Assembly (NCBI GenBank): GCA_963721685.1
Contig: CAVRJJ010000005.1
Location: 103,943 to 167,942 of the forward strand
Origin: an uncultured bacterium
Lineage (GTDB): Bacteria; Patescibacteriota; Saccharimonadia; UBA4664; SCTI01
Length of the DNA stretch: 64,000 bases
Reading direction: 5' to 3'
In this document: in pieces, positions 32,285 through 42,452 of the stretch
Layout of the letters: the number at the start of each line of letters is the position of its first letter
Numbering within the stretch: position 1 is the first letter of the stretch
Notes under the pieces: generated by a model
What the model was told of the DNA's origin: nothing
The model's input: only the letters and a program-made list of their open reading frames with translations
The model's database searches: none
Position numbers and translations under genes: made by a program

Positions 32285-33588
32285 GCTTTCCCTTTGCTTA
32301 AAATTGCTTTTTTAGCCTCGGCAAACTCATTCCACGGCTCTTCCCCGCTTGCGCGTTCGATGGTTTTTTCGTGCCCCTTGCCCAGCAGCATGACAGTGTC
32401 GCCTTGTCCGGCTTGTTGCACGGCAAAGGCAATTGCCTCGCTCCGATCGTGCACCAAAAACAAGTTTTTGTCACGCGCTTTTCCGGCTTCCGCGGCTCCC
32501 GCGGCAATCTGCTCCAAGATAGCTTGGCCGTCAATGTCGCGGTCGTCCTCTTCGGTTACCACTACTATATCGGCGTAGGTCCCGGCGCTGCGTCCCTGCA
32601 TTGGCCGTTTGGCCTCATCACGCCGCCCAGCTGAACCGAACATGACAATAAGCTTATGGGGCGGCTTAACGGTGGCGCGCATATCGCTTAATAATTTTTC
32701 AAAGGAATCGGGGGTATGGGCAAAGTCGACAATTACGGTAAAGTCCTGGCCTTCCTCAATCTTGGTCATCCGCCCTTCAACCACCTTAAGGGCGGCGATC
32801 CCCTGTTCAATTTGGGCGTTGGTAAGGTTAAGCGTAATTCCAACGCTAACCGCCGCCAACGAGTTATAAACGTTAAAACTGCCAGGCAAATGCAGTGTGA
32901 TATGCAAGGTATCATTCCCACGCCGAACCAAGTAATGGCTGCCGGTAGGAGTTGTTGTAACGTCAACAGCTTTGATATCGCCAGACTTAACCCCATATGT
33001 CAGCGGATGCGGCACATCGCCAGCAAAGGCGGCGGCGCTAGGATCTTCGGCATTAATAACCCCAACTTGCAAGCCGTCCTTATTGCTCCGGGCAAGCTGA
33101 AACAGGCGGCGTTTCGCGTCCCGGTAGCGCTCAAAGGTTTCGTGGTAATCTAGGTGCTCATGATTGACATTGGTCATTACCGCCACACTAAAGGGCACGC
33201 CCCATACCCTGTGTTGAGCCAAAGCGTGGCTGGTAGTTTCCAGCACAAGCCATTCAATGCCATCGGCACGCATTTGCTTTATGCGCTGCATCAACGGAAA
33301 AGCCTGCATGCTCGTCATATGCACATGATTGTGATGCTGCCACTTAGGCGTTCCGTATCCTATAGTGGTCATATAGCCAACGTTATAACCAGCTTCCTTT
33401 AACGTGGTCCAAATCAAGGTGGTCGTTGAGGTCTTACCGTCGGTTCCGGTAACGCCAATTACCTTCAAGCCGCGGGCGGGAAACCCGTAATAAATGTTGG
33501 CAGCAACCGTTTCAAGCAGATGGCCATAGGGCTCAATTTGGCGGAAAAGTTGGCGAGGGATTAAAGATTTTACAACGCGGCGAAACAT
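32281..33588 (-). CDS. Mur ligase family protein (MurE/MurF/MurT-like, 435 aa)
   Basis: GVTGTDGKTSTTTLI P-loop, Mur ligase middle-domain pattern; exact member undetermined. Confidence 0.6.
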   Translation of the reverse strand: MFRRVVKSLIPRQLFRQIEPYGHLLETVAANIYYGFPARGLKVIGVTGTDGKTSTTTLIWTTLKEAGYNVGYMTTIGYGTPKWQHHNHVHMTSMQAFPLMQRIKQMRADGIEWLVLETTSHALAQHRVWGVPFSVAVMTNVNHEHLDYHETFERYRDAKRRLFQLARSNKDGLQVGVINAEDPSAAAFAGDVPHPLTYGVKSGDIKAVDVTTTPTGSHYLVRRGNDTLHITLHLPGSFNVYNSLAAVSVGITLNLTNAQIEQGIAALKVVEGRMTKIEEGQDFTVIVDFAHTPDSFEKLLSDMRATVKPPHKLIVMFGSAGRRDEAKRPMQGRSAGTYADIVVVTEEDDRDIDGQAILEQIAAGAAEAGKARDKNLFLVHDRSEAIAFAVQQAGQGDTVMLLGKGHEKTIERASGEEPWNEFAEAKKAILSKGKA

Positions 33589-33625
33589 TAGCTCACATTG
33601 TACCTTTCCCTAGGTAAGCCGTCGA

Positions 33626-33913
33626 CTAGCGAATAATCCCGATCTGTATATAAAAAGCGTAAAGTTCAGGGTCGGTGGTGGCAATGGTCGGAGCTACATT
33701 GGGAGGCCAATGGGTGAATTGGTCTGGGTGGGGTAGCTTGCCAAGCATCTTGAGAGGCTTCGATTGATTGGAGCGCACTTCATCTGTATCACGGTCAGCT
33801 AAAAGTGTAGCCATAACCTTAAGCAATGCAGCAAGCGATGCATAACCGAGTTTAAATGCCTGATTCTCGGCTGATAGCTTAGTGTGGTTTGAAAGCCGGA
33901 TAATTACTTGCAT
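33626..33913 (-). CDS. hypothetical small protein
   Basis: ORF only. Confidence 0.2.
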   Translation of the reverse strand: MQVIIRLSNHTKLSAENQAFKLGYASLAALLKVMATLLADRDTDEVRSNQSKPLKMLGKLPHPDQFTHWPPNVAPTIATTDPELYAFYIQIGIIR

Positions 33914-33987
33914 GCTGATATTTTATTTTCTAAAACTTAATTTTGAGTTAAATGAGGCTTGTTTATCTCTAAGGCAAGATAAGAGAC

Positions 33988-34129
33988 AAATCTGCATCAA
34001 ATCTGCATCAAATCTGCATCAAATCTGCATCAAATCTGCATCAAATCTGCATCAAATCTGCATCAAATCTGCATCAAATCTGCATCAAATCTGCATCAAA
34101 TCTGCATCAAATCTGCATCAAATCTGCAT
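33988..34129. repeat. 11-bp tandem repeat (ATCTGCATCAA)x~13, perfect
   Basis: Read directly; lies in intergenic region before divergent gene 34240(+); ORF 33882-34133 is an artefact of it. Confidence 0.95.
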
Positions 34130-34239
34130 TTAAGTTTAGTGCATCCCAAAAAATACTGTAAGAAAGTAAGCGCAGCCGTGTTGACTTAAATTAAGGTCTT
34201 TGACACCATGGTAACCATAGGCATTATGTAGGGGGAATT

Positions 34240-34467
34240 ATGAAAATTATTAGCTATCTTCGCGAACCAAATAACACCGGTATCGCTCTTTTTGGCTTAG
34301 CTGCCACAATATTAATCGCAATTATTGGAGCCGGTTCGCTCGGGCTTGTCGCAACCGCGCAACTCCTTAACCAAGTTGCCCAACCGATTTGCGCCGCGGC
34401 GATTGGCGTTTTGATGTACTTAGCATTGGTCGCCCGCCAGCTTGAAAAAGCTAACGCCGACCGCTAA
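34240..34467 (+). CDS. small two-TM membrane protein, hypothetical
   Basis: GGAATTATG RBS-like context; hydrophobic helices. Confidence 0.35.
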   Translation: MKIISYLREPNNTGIALFGLAATILIAIIGAGSLGLVATAQLLNQVAQPICAAAIGVLMYLALVARQLEKANADR

Positions 34468-35492
34468 TAAAACAGCCGGTGGTGCCGACGCGCCTCGTAG
34501 GCCATCACCAAGCGCTCCCCCATCTGGCGCCACAGCTGGTACGATCTAGAATTTAATACCAAGTCATAAGTACCAATAAATTCTGTGATTTCGGAATTAA
34601 AGCCTCGCTTAAAACGCGCCAATCCAGCTAATGGATGATCGGGATTATCAATTTCGGCTAGCGGCGGAACACCATGCAGGTCGTATTCTTCGACGCCCCG
34701 GCTCTTTAGCCAGCGCATAATTTCCCACTGCATAAGATAAGGCGCCTGCAATTCGGGATGATCGCGGTATGAGGCACCATCTTTATAAAGGCCTGATTTA
34801 CCAAGATACGTTATAAACGCCCCGGCTACCGGCTCCTCTTCAAAGTAAGCAAAAAACATTTGCCCGCTCCCCTGTTCGGCATGTAAGCTCCAAAAATCGG
34901 TAAAATAAGCCTCCTCCCGGGCATACACCCCGGCACGCTCATAGGTTGATTTTGCCATTCGGTAAAGCTGAGCCATGCTTTCCGAGTTTGTCTCTGCGGC
35001 CTTAACCGTGACACCTTTTTTAGCTGCTAGCCGAATATTGTAGCGGGTTTTTTGCTTAAACGAAGCTATTATTTCATCTTCACTGGGCTTTAAATCCACT
35101 ATTACCGTCGCCGTGTTGTACTGAATGTCCCGGGTTCTCAGCAGTCCGGCAGCGGCCATTTGAGCCGGCTCACCTTTTTCCTTTGCTATTTCCGGGTCCA
35201 TACGAACGCAGAATGCATTACTGCTGCGCAGCTCTTTAACAACTTTCTTTAAGCTTGGTAAATCATTCACGCCTGGCCCTTTAGGTATATAGGTATACTT
35301 TCCCAAAATCGGAATATGGCGCGACAGTGTTAGTATTGCCACCCCGCCGGACACAATATAGTCTGCCTCCCAACCGTGGCGGATCTTAAGTTCGCCAAAC
35401 GCCTTCGCCTGCAGGACATTGCCGCCATCCGGATTAGCGGTGATTAACCGGTCCCAGTCTTTGCGTTCTTCAGGTGTAGCCGTTCTTAGCAT
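34464..35492 (-). CDS. FemAB-family peptidoglycan interpeptide-bridge aminoacyltransferase (paralog 1)
   Basis: ~340 aa, FemAB-like architecture, tandem with paralog of same size. Confidence 0.55.
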   Translation of the reverse strand: MLRTATPEERKDWDRLITANPDGGNVLQAKAFGELKIRHGWEADYIVSGGVAILTLSRHIPILGKYTYIPKGPGVNDLPSLKKVVKELRSSNAFCVRMDPEIAKEKGEPAQMAAAGLLRTRDIQYNTATVIVDLKPSEDEIIASFKQKTRYNIRLAAKKGVTVKAAETNSESMAQLYRMAKSTYERAGVYAREEAYFTDFWSLHAEQGSGQMFFAYFEEEPVAGAFITYLGKSGLYKDGASYRDHPELQAPYLMQWEIMRWLKSRGVEEYDLHGVPPLAEIDNPDHPLAGLARFKRGFNSEITEFIGTYDLVLNSRSYQLWRQMGERLVMAYEARRHHRLFY

Positions 35493-35495
35493 TGC

Positions 35496-36464
35496 CTATC
35501 CCCTGCCTCGAAACTTCCGGTAAAGCGAATATGCGCGGTATTTAAGCGGTTTTACCGGGATATCCCAGGTACCAAGGTAATCCACCGGCTTACCGCCAAA
35601 CGCTACTTTGAACCGGCTTAAGGAAGCGAGTCTATGACCAACCTCATCCGCGGGAGCAACCCCCCATAAATCAAACCGCTTAAGGCCTGCAGTCTTGGCG
35701 TCTAATATCGCCTGCCAAACTAAAGAAACCGACGCTTTGGCTTGACGATTTTGCTGCTGGTGGGCTCCGGCATGCATGTAGTAGCGTGTCCCCTCCCAAT
35801 CGTAGAACAATGCTGCCGCCACAGGACGGCCGGCAACCTCAGCCACATACAGTTTGGCAATGCCTAATGGTTGAAGGACGCTCCACAGTTTCTGGTAGTA
35901 GCTGGCGGGATAAAAGGTTACGTTAGAATGCTTAGCGGTTTCAGCCAGCATGGCTTGAAACACCTCAAAGTCTGATTGCTTATTAGTTTGTCGAACGCTA
36001 ATCCCCCGCCGCTTGGTGCCGTTTATCAGATTACGATGACCCGACGCAAGATCAAACCGAAGCTTAGATTCAGGCTGAGTTAAATCAAGCACACGAGTAT
36101 GCTGCGGGTCGACTTCGGCAACCGGTCGACCACCAAGCTTAAGCATTTCTTTAGTGCTTATGTTTGCATGTGGCTCTATCCGAACAAAATCGGTACCCAG
36201 CTCTTTCGCCGCCGCCAGCGTTGACATGATCGCGGTACTCATTGCAGCCTCATCGCGCGCTACCGGACCGTAGCCGCACAGCAAATAACGCAGGCCATGA
36301 CTCCCCCGCACCGCACCCGCCCAGCGCCAGCCATCACCCATGTCCCACACAACTTCGCGTTCCAACTGTTGTTGAAATAACATCCATGATTGACTCTGCA
36401 AAATGCCGCCGCCCAGCTTTTGCAGTTGATTATCCCAGTCGTCGGGCGGCAGTCCGTGTTTCAT
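35496..36464 (-). CDS. FemAB-family aminoacyltransferase (paralog 2)
   Basis: As above; HAGAHQQ...RFDLWGV pattern parallel to paralog 1 (HGVPPLA..). Confidence 0.55.
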   Translation of the reverse strand: MKHGLPPDDWDNQLQKLGGGILQSQSWMLFQQQLEREVVWDMGDGWRWAGAVRGSHGLRYLLCGYGPVARDEAAMSTAIMSTLAAAKELGTDFVRIEPHANISTKEMLKLGGRPVAEVDPQHTRVLDLTQPESKLRFDLASGHRNLINGTKRRGISVRQTNKQSDFEVFQAMLAETAKHSNVTFYPASYYQKLWSVLQPLGIAKLYVAEVAGRPVAAALFYDWEGTRYYMHAGAHQQQNRQAKASVSLVWQAILDAKTAGLKRFDLWGVAPADEVGHRLASLSRFKVAFGGKPVDYLGTWDIPVKPLKYRAYSLYRKFRGRG

Positions 36465-36504
36465 ACTGCGTATTGTACGAGCAATCCTGATATACTTCTA
36501 CCCT

Positions 36505-37536
36505 ATGAGGATTCTGGGAATTGAAACCAGCTGTGATGAAACCGCCGCCGCGGTAGTAGAAGACGGCCGCCACATCCTTAGCAATGAAGTAGCTTCCCAA
36601 GCTGATTTACACGCTCAGTTCGGTGGCGTGGTGCCGGAGGTGGCCGCCCGCAGTCATATTGAAGTAATTTTGCCAATTATCGAAAAAGCCCTATCCCAAG
36701 CCAAAAATGATTGGAATGGTATTGACGCGATTGCCGTAACTCAGGGGCCAGGACTAATTGGCTCACTGATGATTGGCACCCTAACCGCCCAGGTGCTAGC
36801 GACCCTTAAAAATAAATCGTTGATTCCAGTAAACCACATTGAAGCCCACACCTACGCCAACTTCTTACTGCCCGCTCCCCTTCCCTTTCCACTTTTGTCG
36901 CTAACCGTTTCCGGCAGCCACACCCAGCTAGTATTATTCAGAGACCATGGGAAGTATCAGGTTTTAGGTAAAACTATTGATGACGCGGCTGGCGAAGCTT
37001 TCGATAAGGTAGCGCGTATGCTTGGGCTTTCGCGTGCCAGCGGCGCCGCTATTGAAAATGCCGCCAAGAGGGGTAATTCACAAGCTTTTACCTTTCCTAA
37101 GCCGCAATTAGGCAAGGAAAGTTTAAATTTCAGTTTTAGCGGCTTGAAAACCGCGGTACTACGAACCGCCCAAACAGCGGTTGGGCGCGACCACCGCACC
37201 CTATCCCATGAACTGCCCGTACTGCTGAGCGACCAGCAGCGCAATGATTTAGCCGCCAGCTTTCAAAAAACCGTAACAGAGATCCTGGCTGGACGCCTGC
37301 TCCAAGCTTACGAGGCCCACTCCCCCATCTCAGTAGTGATTGGCGGCGGAGTGGCGGCCAACCAGGCGCTTCGAAATGAAGTGGCGAAGCTGCTTCCAGT
37401 TGATGTCAGCTATCCCCCGCTTGAGTTATGTACCGATAACGCCGCGATGATTGCCAGCCTAGGATATTTCCAGACAAAAAACACCCGTACATCTGAAGTA
37501 TCCGTAATTACGCCCAACCCAATTTTATCAATGTAA
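36505..37536 (+). CDS. tsaD: tRNA N6-adenosine threonylcarbamoyltransferase
   Basis: MRILGIETSCDETAAAVV..., VIGGGVAAN. Confidence 0.85.
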   Translation: MRILGIETSCDETAAAVVEDGRHILSNEVASQADLHAQFGGVVPEVAARSHIEVILPIIEKALSQAKNDWNGIDAIAVTQGPGLIGSLMIGTLTAQVLATLKNKSLIPVNHIEAHTYANFLLPAPLPFPLLSLTVSGSHTQLVLFRDHGKYQVLGKTIDDAAGEAFDKVARMLGLSRASGAAIENAAKRGNSQAFTFPKPQLGKESLNFSFSGLKTAVLRTAQTAVGRDHRTLSHELPVLLSDQQRNDLAASFQKTVTEILAGRLLQAYEAHSPISVVIGGGVAANQALRNEVAKLLPVDVSYPPLELCTDNAAMIASLGYFQTKNTRTSEVSVITPNPILSM

Positions 37537-37594
37537 AAACCGTAAGGCAGCATTATTTTGATACCCCACCTGCTAACCTGATACACTTTATGCC

Positions 37595-40132
37595 ATGAGT
37601 GAGATGGAAAAAGCCTACGAACCGGCCAAATACGAAACCGACATTTACAAAATGTGGGAAGACTTAGGCGCGTTTAAACCGCTTGAGGAAGCCACAAAAG
37701 AACCTTTTTCAATTATCATGCCGCCGCCAAACGCCAACGGCAGCCTGCACACTGGGCACGCTATGTTTACGGTAGAAGATATTATGGTCCGCTATCGCCG
37801 CATGCAGGGCCATCCCACCCTCTGGCTACCCGGCACCGACCATGCCGGTATTGAAACCCAGGTAGTGTTTGAGCGTGAGCTGGCAAAAGAAGGTAAAAGC
37901 CGTTTTGACTTTACCCCCCAAGAGTTTTACCAAGCCGCGCTGGAATACACCAAGAGCAACCAACACCGGATTATTTCCCAGTTAAAAAGCCTGGGCTTCT
38001 CGGCCGATTGGAGTCGGCTCAAATTTACTTTGGATGATGACATCCTGGAAACTGTTTATCACACTTTCGGACGCCTTCACGATGACGGCTATATCTACCG
38101 CGGCAACCGCATTGTTAATTGGTGCCCCACCTGTAACTCGGCTTTTGCCGATATTGAAATCAGTTACCGCGAGCAAGCCGACCCCCTGTACTACCTCAAG
38201 TACGGCCCATTTGTGCTAGCCACCGTTCGGCCGGAAACTAAGTTTGGTGATACGGCGGTAGCGGTCCACCCCAAGGATGAGCGCTACCAAAAATATATTG
38301 GTAAAGAAATTGAAGCTGAAGGACTGCTTGGGCCATTCAAGCTTAAAGTTATTGCCGATGAGCACGTCAGTCCGGAGTTTGGTACCGGCGTTATCAAGGT
38401 TACTCCCGCCCATGACCCGAACGACTGGGAGATTGGATTACGCCACAACTTAGAAGTGAAACAGGCAATTGGAACCGATGGCAAGCTTACTAAATTAACC
38501 GGTAGATACGCCGGCATGACGGTCGCGGACGCCCGGGAGCAAGTGGTTCATGATCTGGAAGAACGCGATCTCATTGATCATATTGAAATGAACTATTCTC
38601 ACAGTGTTGCTTACCATGGCCGCTGTGGCACCCAGATTGAACCTCTTGTGACCGAGCAGTGGTGGTTGAAGGTTGACGAGTTAAAGAAGCCCGCCATAGC
38701 AGCGGTCAAAAATGGTGAAATTACGTTAATCCCCTCTCGCTTTAAGAAGGCTTACATCGACTGGTTGGAAGACTTGCGCGACTGGAATATAAGCCGGCAA
38801 AACTGGTTTGGTATTCGAATTCCGGTTTACTACAACATCTCAGATGACACGTCCAAGGCGCCGTACCGGGTGTTTTCACGTGAAAACTTAGCTAAAGAAT
38901 ATTACGGTGAAGGCAATTATGAGCAGGAAACCGATGTATTCGACACCTGGTTTTCCTCAAGTCAATGGCCTTACGCTACCCTGCAAGCTACCGGCGACTT
39001 TGACCGCTTCTACCCTACCTCAGTTATGGAAACTGGCAGGGACATCCTGTTTTTATGGGTAACCCGTATGGTTATGCTCGGTCTCTACGCTACCGATAAT
39101 GTTCCCTTCAAAAACATCTACCTTCACGGCATGGTAAACGATTCTCACGGTAAAAAAATGAGTAAATCTAAAGGCAATGTAATTAATCCTTTGGAGTGGA
39201 CGGCCAAATACGGAACCGATGCCCTTCGGCTTGCTCTAACCATTGGTATAACCCCAGGTAACGATGGGGCCTTATCTGAAAAAAAGGTTGAAGGTTACCG
39301 TAATTTTGCTAATAAGCTGTGGAATGTGGCTCGGTTTATTCTTGATAAGGTCGAAAGTAACTACACCCCTACCCCGCTTGCACCAGTTAGCTTGGCCGAC
39401 GCCTGGGTTTTAAGTAAGTTTTCACGTGAAAACGCCGCAATAACCGAAGCAATTGAAAATTACCGGTTTAGCGAAGCTGGCGAACGCGTATATTCTCTTC
39501 TTTGGAATGATTTTGCCGATTGGTATATTGAAGCTTCCAAAACTGAGGCTAACATGAGCGTACTGGTTTATTGCTTAGAAAATATCTTGAAACTTACCCA
39601 CCCTTTTGCTCCTTTCGTAACAGAAGCAATTTGGCAAAATATTCCTTGGCAAAGCCATAATCTTATATCTGAATCTTGGCCGGAAAATGGGGAGCAATAT
39701 GCACAAAAAACACAGCAATTTGAAATGATTATGGCTTTGGTAAGTTATATTCGCACTATTTCGAGCGATTTAGCTTTAACAAAACCAACCCTCCTGATAA
39801 AGGATTCCCTGCTAAGTGAAAACCAGTCCTTGCTGAAACGCTTAGCCCGCCTGGGTAAAGTGGTAGCAGTTCAAGAGGGGAGGGGACTTAGGGTTCCCGG
39901 CACCCATAACGCGTGGTTGGACATCGATGAAGCTACCATTAAACGCTACCATGACCGGTTAACGAGCCGTCGGGCCGAAGCAGCGCTGTATCTTAAAAAG
40001 CTAGAAACGCAGCTAGCAAATAAAGCGTATCTTTCAGGCGCCCCGGCAGAGCTTATTACCCAAACTAAAGACCGCGTGGCAGTTACAAAACTGCTACTAT
40101 TGCAGTTAGATGAGCAGATCAAAGCAATCTAA
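37595..40132 (+). CDS. valS: valyl-tRNA synthetase
   Basis: PPPNANGSLHTGHA (HIGH), KMSKSKGNVI (KMSKS). Confidence 0.95.
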   Translation: MSEMEKAYEPAKYETDIYKMWEDLGAFKPLEEATKEPFSIIMPPPNANGSLHTGHAMFTVEDIMVRYRRMQGHPTLWLPGTDHAGIETQVVFERELAKEGKSRFDFTPQEFYQAALEYTKSNQHRIISQLKSLGFSADWSRLKFTLDDDILETVYHTFGRLHDDGYIYRGNRIVNWCPTCNSAFADIEISYREQADPLYYLKYGPFVLATVRPETKFGDTAVAVHPKDERYQKYIGKEIEAEGLLGPFKLKVIADEHVSPEFGTGVIKVTPAHDPNDWEIGLRHNLEVKQAIGTDGKLTKLTGRYAGMTVADAREQVVHDLEERDLIDHIEMNYSHSVAYHGRCGTQIEPLVTEQWWLKVDELKKPAIAAVKNGEITLIPSRFKKAYIDWLEDLRDWNISRQNWFGIRIPVYYNISDDTSKAPYRVFSRENLAKEYYGEGNYEQETDVFDTWFSSSQWPYATLQATGDFDRFYPTSVMETGRDILFLWVTRMVMLGLYATDNVPFKNIYLHGMVNDSHGKKMSKSKGNVINPLEWTAKYGTDALRLALTIGITPGNDGALSEKKVEGYRNFANKLWNVARFILDKVESNYTPTPLAPVSLADAWVLSKFSRENAAITEAIENYRFSEAGERVYSLLWNDFADWYIEASKTEANMSVLVYCLENILKLTHPFAPFVTEAIWQNIPWQSHNLISESWPENGEQYAQKTQQFEMIMALVSYIRTISSDLALTKPTLLIKDSLLSENQSLLKRLARLGKVVAVQEGRGLRVPGTHNAWLDIDEATIKRYHDRLTSRRAEAALYLKKLETQLANKAYLSGAPAELITQTKDRVAVTKLLLLQLDEQIKAI

Positions 40133-41018
40133 AAAGTTTTGGTTAATTGCCGCGGGTACTTTTGCGGGGGCAATAGCAGTTAGTGTGGCTTTAACTCCCG
40201 TCGCAAGCGAATATGTAGCATTCCGAGCGGCAGAGTATGCAGCCACGGCCCGGAGCAGCCAAGACGAAGCTAAACAAATTGGCCACTACCGCTTAGCTTT
40301 AGCTTTAGATCCGCAAAAGAGCGCCTACCGAAGTGAATTAGCCTCGGTTTACCTCAAGCAAAACAACCTTGAAGCGGCCATTAGCGTGTTGGGAGATACA
40401 AAAGAGGAGCGAATACGCAAAGCTGGCTATCAGCTTAGTTTGGGCTTATTCAAGGAAGCGGAACAGAGTATCGCTCCACTGGATAGTCCTGAGGCAGCCA
40501 TAATACGGTCTAGAATCGCCTTGGAGCAGGGGAATGCCCCAAAGGCCTACCAAGCAGTAAAAAGCCCTAGAAACGACTCAGAACGGCTCCAATTAGGGCT
40601 TAGTTATACTCTTGCGGGCATGTCCGATAACGCCAGGGAGGTTTTGGTGCTTATGAAGGCGGGGGAGCAAAAACGCCGTCTCGAGCGAATTCAAGGTGGG
40701 GGAGTGGCATTGGCCCAAGAGCTCTACCGGGAAAGACTCTACCGCAGCGCTGAACGGGTACTAAAGCAGGCGGGGGAATCAGGCGAAAAGTACTTATTGC
40801 TGGCGCACGTACAACTGGAGCAGGCTTCTTCAGATAAGAAAAGCCGCCAAGCAGCGCTTAGCCAGGCAAAAACCAGTCTGGCCAAAGGAGTTGGACGCGA
40901 TCCGGCTAACCTGAAACTACGCGAGCTTCTTCGAGAAGTTTACCAGCATCAAGGTGATGAAACAGGCGTTTCACGTGAAAACCAAGCGATTCAAAAGCTG
41001 CGGACAGGTAAACTGTAG
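40110..41018 (+). CDS. membrane-anchored TPR-repeat protein
   Basis: N-terminal TM FWLIAAGTFAGAIAVSVAL then TPR-like helical repeats. Confidence 0.45.
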   Translation: MSRSKQSKKFWLIAAGTFAGAIAVSVALTPVASEYVAFRAAEYAATARSSQDEAKQIGHYRLALALDPQKSAYRSELASVYLKQNNLEAAISVLGDTKEERIRKAGYQLSLGLFKEAEQSIAPLDSPEAAIIRSRIALEQGNAPKAYQAVKSPRNDSERLQLGLSYTLAGMSDNAREVLVLMKAGEQKRRLERIQGGGVALAQELYRERLYRSAERVLKQAGESGEKYLLLAHVQLEQASSDKKSRQAALSQAKTSLAKGVGRDPANLKLRELLREVYQHQGDETGVSRENQAIQKLRTGKL

Positions 41019-41044
41019 CTATTCATTATACTAAAAATAAAAGC

Positions 41045-41134
41045 TGGCGGAGAGGGTGGGATTCGAACCCACGATACCGTTGCCGGTATACCGCTTTTCG
41101 AGAGCGGCGCCTTCAACCACTCGGCCACCTCTCC
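41045..41134 (-). tRNA. tRNA-Ser (anticodon CGA)
   Basis: Manual fold: anticodon loop CTCGAAA, long variable arm, T-loop GGTTCGAATCC, CCA. Confidence 0.85.
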
Positions 41135-41209
41135 TGGAGAAAGCTATTTTATTATCGGCTAACAGTAGGTTTGGGGCAAATAAACAGTATTTCCTCTAAG
41201 AGATTCAAG

Positions 41210-42271
41210 CTAATGCTTGGACGACTCCACGTGCTGGCGAATCATCTCAACAGCCTCAGGCGCGGGTTCCCCCGTGACAAAATCAATTTTAGAATACGGT
41301 ATTTGAACCATATAACCCCTCAATGGGCGTTTAATTTGGCGTGAATAGCTATTTACCTTAGCCCTGAACTGGTTAAGGGATTTCTCAGTCTGCGTACTAA
41401 AATGGCTAGCTTGGCCGTTCTCATCGAGCGTCACACCGGGAAATCCAATGGTGTCGGTTTCATAAACCGCCATTTCACCATCTCGCGTGCCTTTTACTTG
41501 CACAACCTCATCATCGGCCCCCCAAAGATCAATTGCATTAAAAGCATCCTCTTTTGGATGAGACCAGTGTGGATTACCTCCTATTTGAGCAAACGCTTTA
41601 TAGGTGGCGACTTGACTGACAACCGAGCGGCGCAGGGCTGGCATGGTTCGAACATTGCCGGTATGCCCAGCCAGCCGTTCAGCGGTGCTCCAGAACTTTT
41701 CTAAATATTCTTTATCGCCAGATTGAAGCTCAACGAAATGTGAGATAAGGAACTGGAACTGAGTAATCTCTTGTACCAGCCGCTTGGCTTCGTCTCGATC
41801 GCCGCGCTCCCTAGCGTCATATAATTGGGCGTTAGCAGCAAAAAAATCTTGAAGTCCAAACATTACTTCCACCGCCTCAAGCTGATCGGGGTAGTCCATC
41901 TCGTAAAGTCCCTTCTGTCTAGCGGTTTCGGCCAGGTCTCCGGCGGCGAGCACCTCAAACAGCTCCTTTTGACGCTCCCAGGCGGCCTGAAGCTGCTCGG
42001 AAGGAGAGTGCTTACGAGCTAAAACCTCAGCGCGAGCTCTTTTATCGCCATAGTTGAAACCAAATTTTTCCTCCCACCATTCCTCGAGGGCCTGTCTTGC
42101 GACTGCACTCTCCTCATCAGATAAGGGAAGACCTTCCATTCGGCGATAAAGAAGCTCTTGGACCCTACTATCAAACAAAGCCATATCTTGGATCAACTCA
42201 ACACGCTCATAGGCTTTTGTTGACTGAGGTTCACGTTCGTCTTCCGTAAAAATCGGGGTTTGAAGCTCCAT
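41210..42271 (-). CDS. hypothetical protein (353 aa)
   Basis: ORF with coding-like composition; no motif recognised. Confidence 0.35.
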   Translation of the reverse strand: MELQTPIFTEDEREPQSTKAYERVELIQDMALFDSRVQELLYRRMEGLPLSDEESAVARQALEEWWEEKFGFNYGDKRARAEVLARKHSPSEQLQAAWERQKELFEVLAAGDLAETARQKGLYEMDYPDQLEAVEVMFGLQDFFAANAQLYDARERGDRDEAKRLVQEITQFQFLISHFVELQSGDKEYLEKFWSTAERLAGHTGNVRTMPALRRSVVSQVATYKAFAQIGGNPHWSHPKEDAFNAIDLWGADDEVVQVKGTRDGEMAVYETDTIGFPGVTLDENGQASHFSTQTEKSLNQFRAKVNSYSRQIKRPLRGYMVQIPYSKIDFVTGEPAPEAVEMIRQHVESSKH

Positions 42272-42385
42272 GATCTGATAATATCATGATGTAGAGAAGG
42301 TTCAGCACGATGGCTGAAACTTAAACCGCTTTATTGCCATACAGCTGATCACTTTAGGCAAATAGCTTGCTTGATTATTGCGTGA

Positions 42386-42411
42386 GAACGCCCCCTCCAG
42401 GGCGTTCTCAA
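42386..42411 (-). terminator. hairpin gagaacgccc-cctccag-ggcgttctc downstream of 42453-43064
   Basis: 10-bp stem; weak U-tract. Confidence 0.3.
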
Positions 42412-42452
42412 TCGATTGACGGAGGTCGCCTGGAGGAGACGCTTGGATCGTG

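Noticed and set aside
33988-34129. Possible CRISPR array
   Set aside because: 11-bp units are contiguous with no spacers; far too short for CRISPR repeats.
33882-34133. 84-aa plus-strand ORF (ICIKSASNLHQ repeated)
   Set aside because: Pure translation artefact of the 11-bp tandem repeat; no start context.
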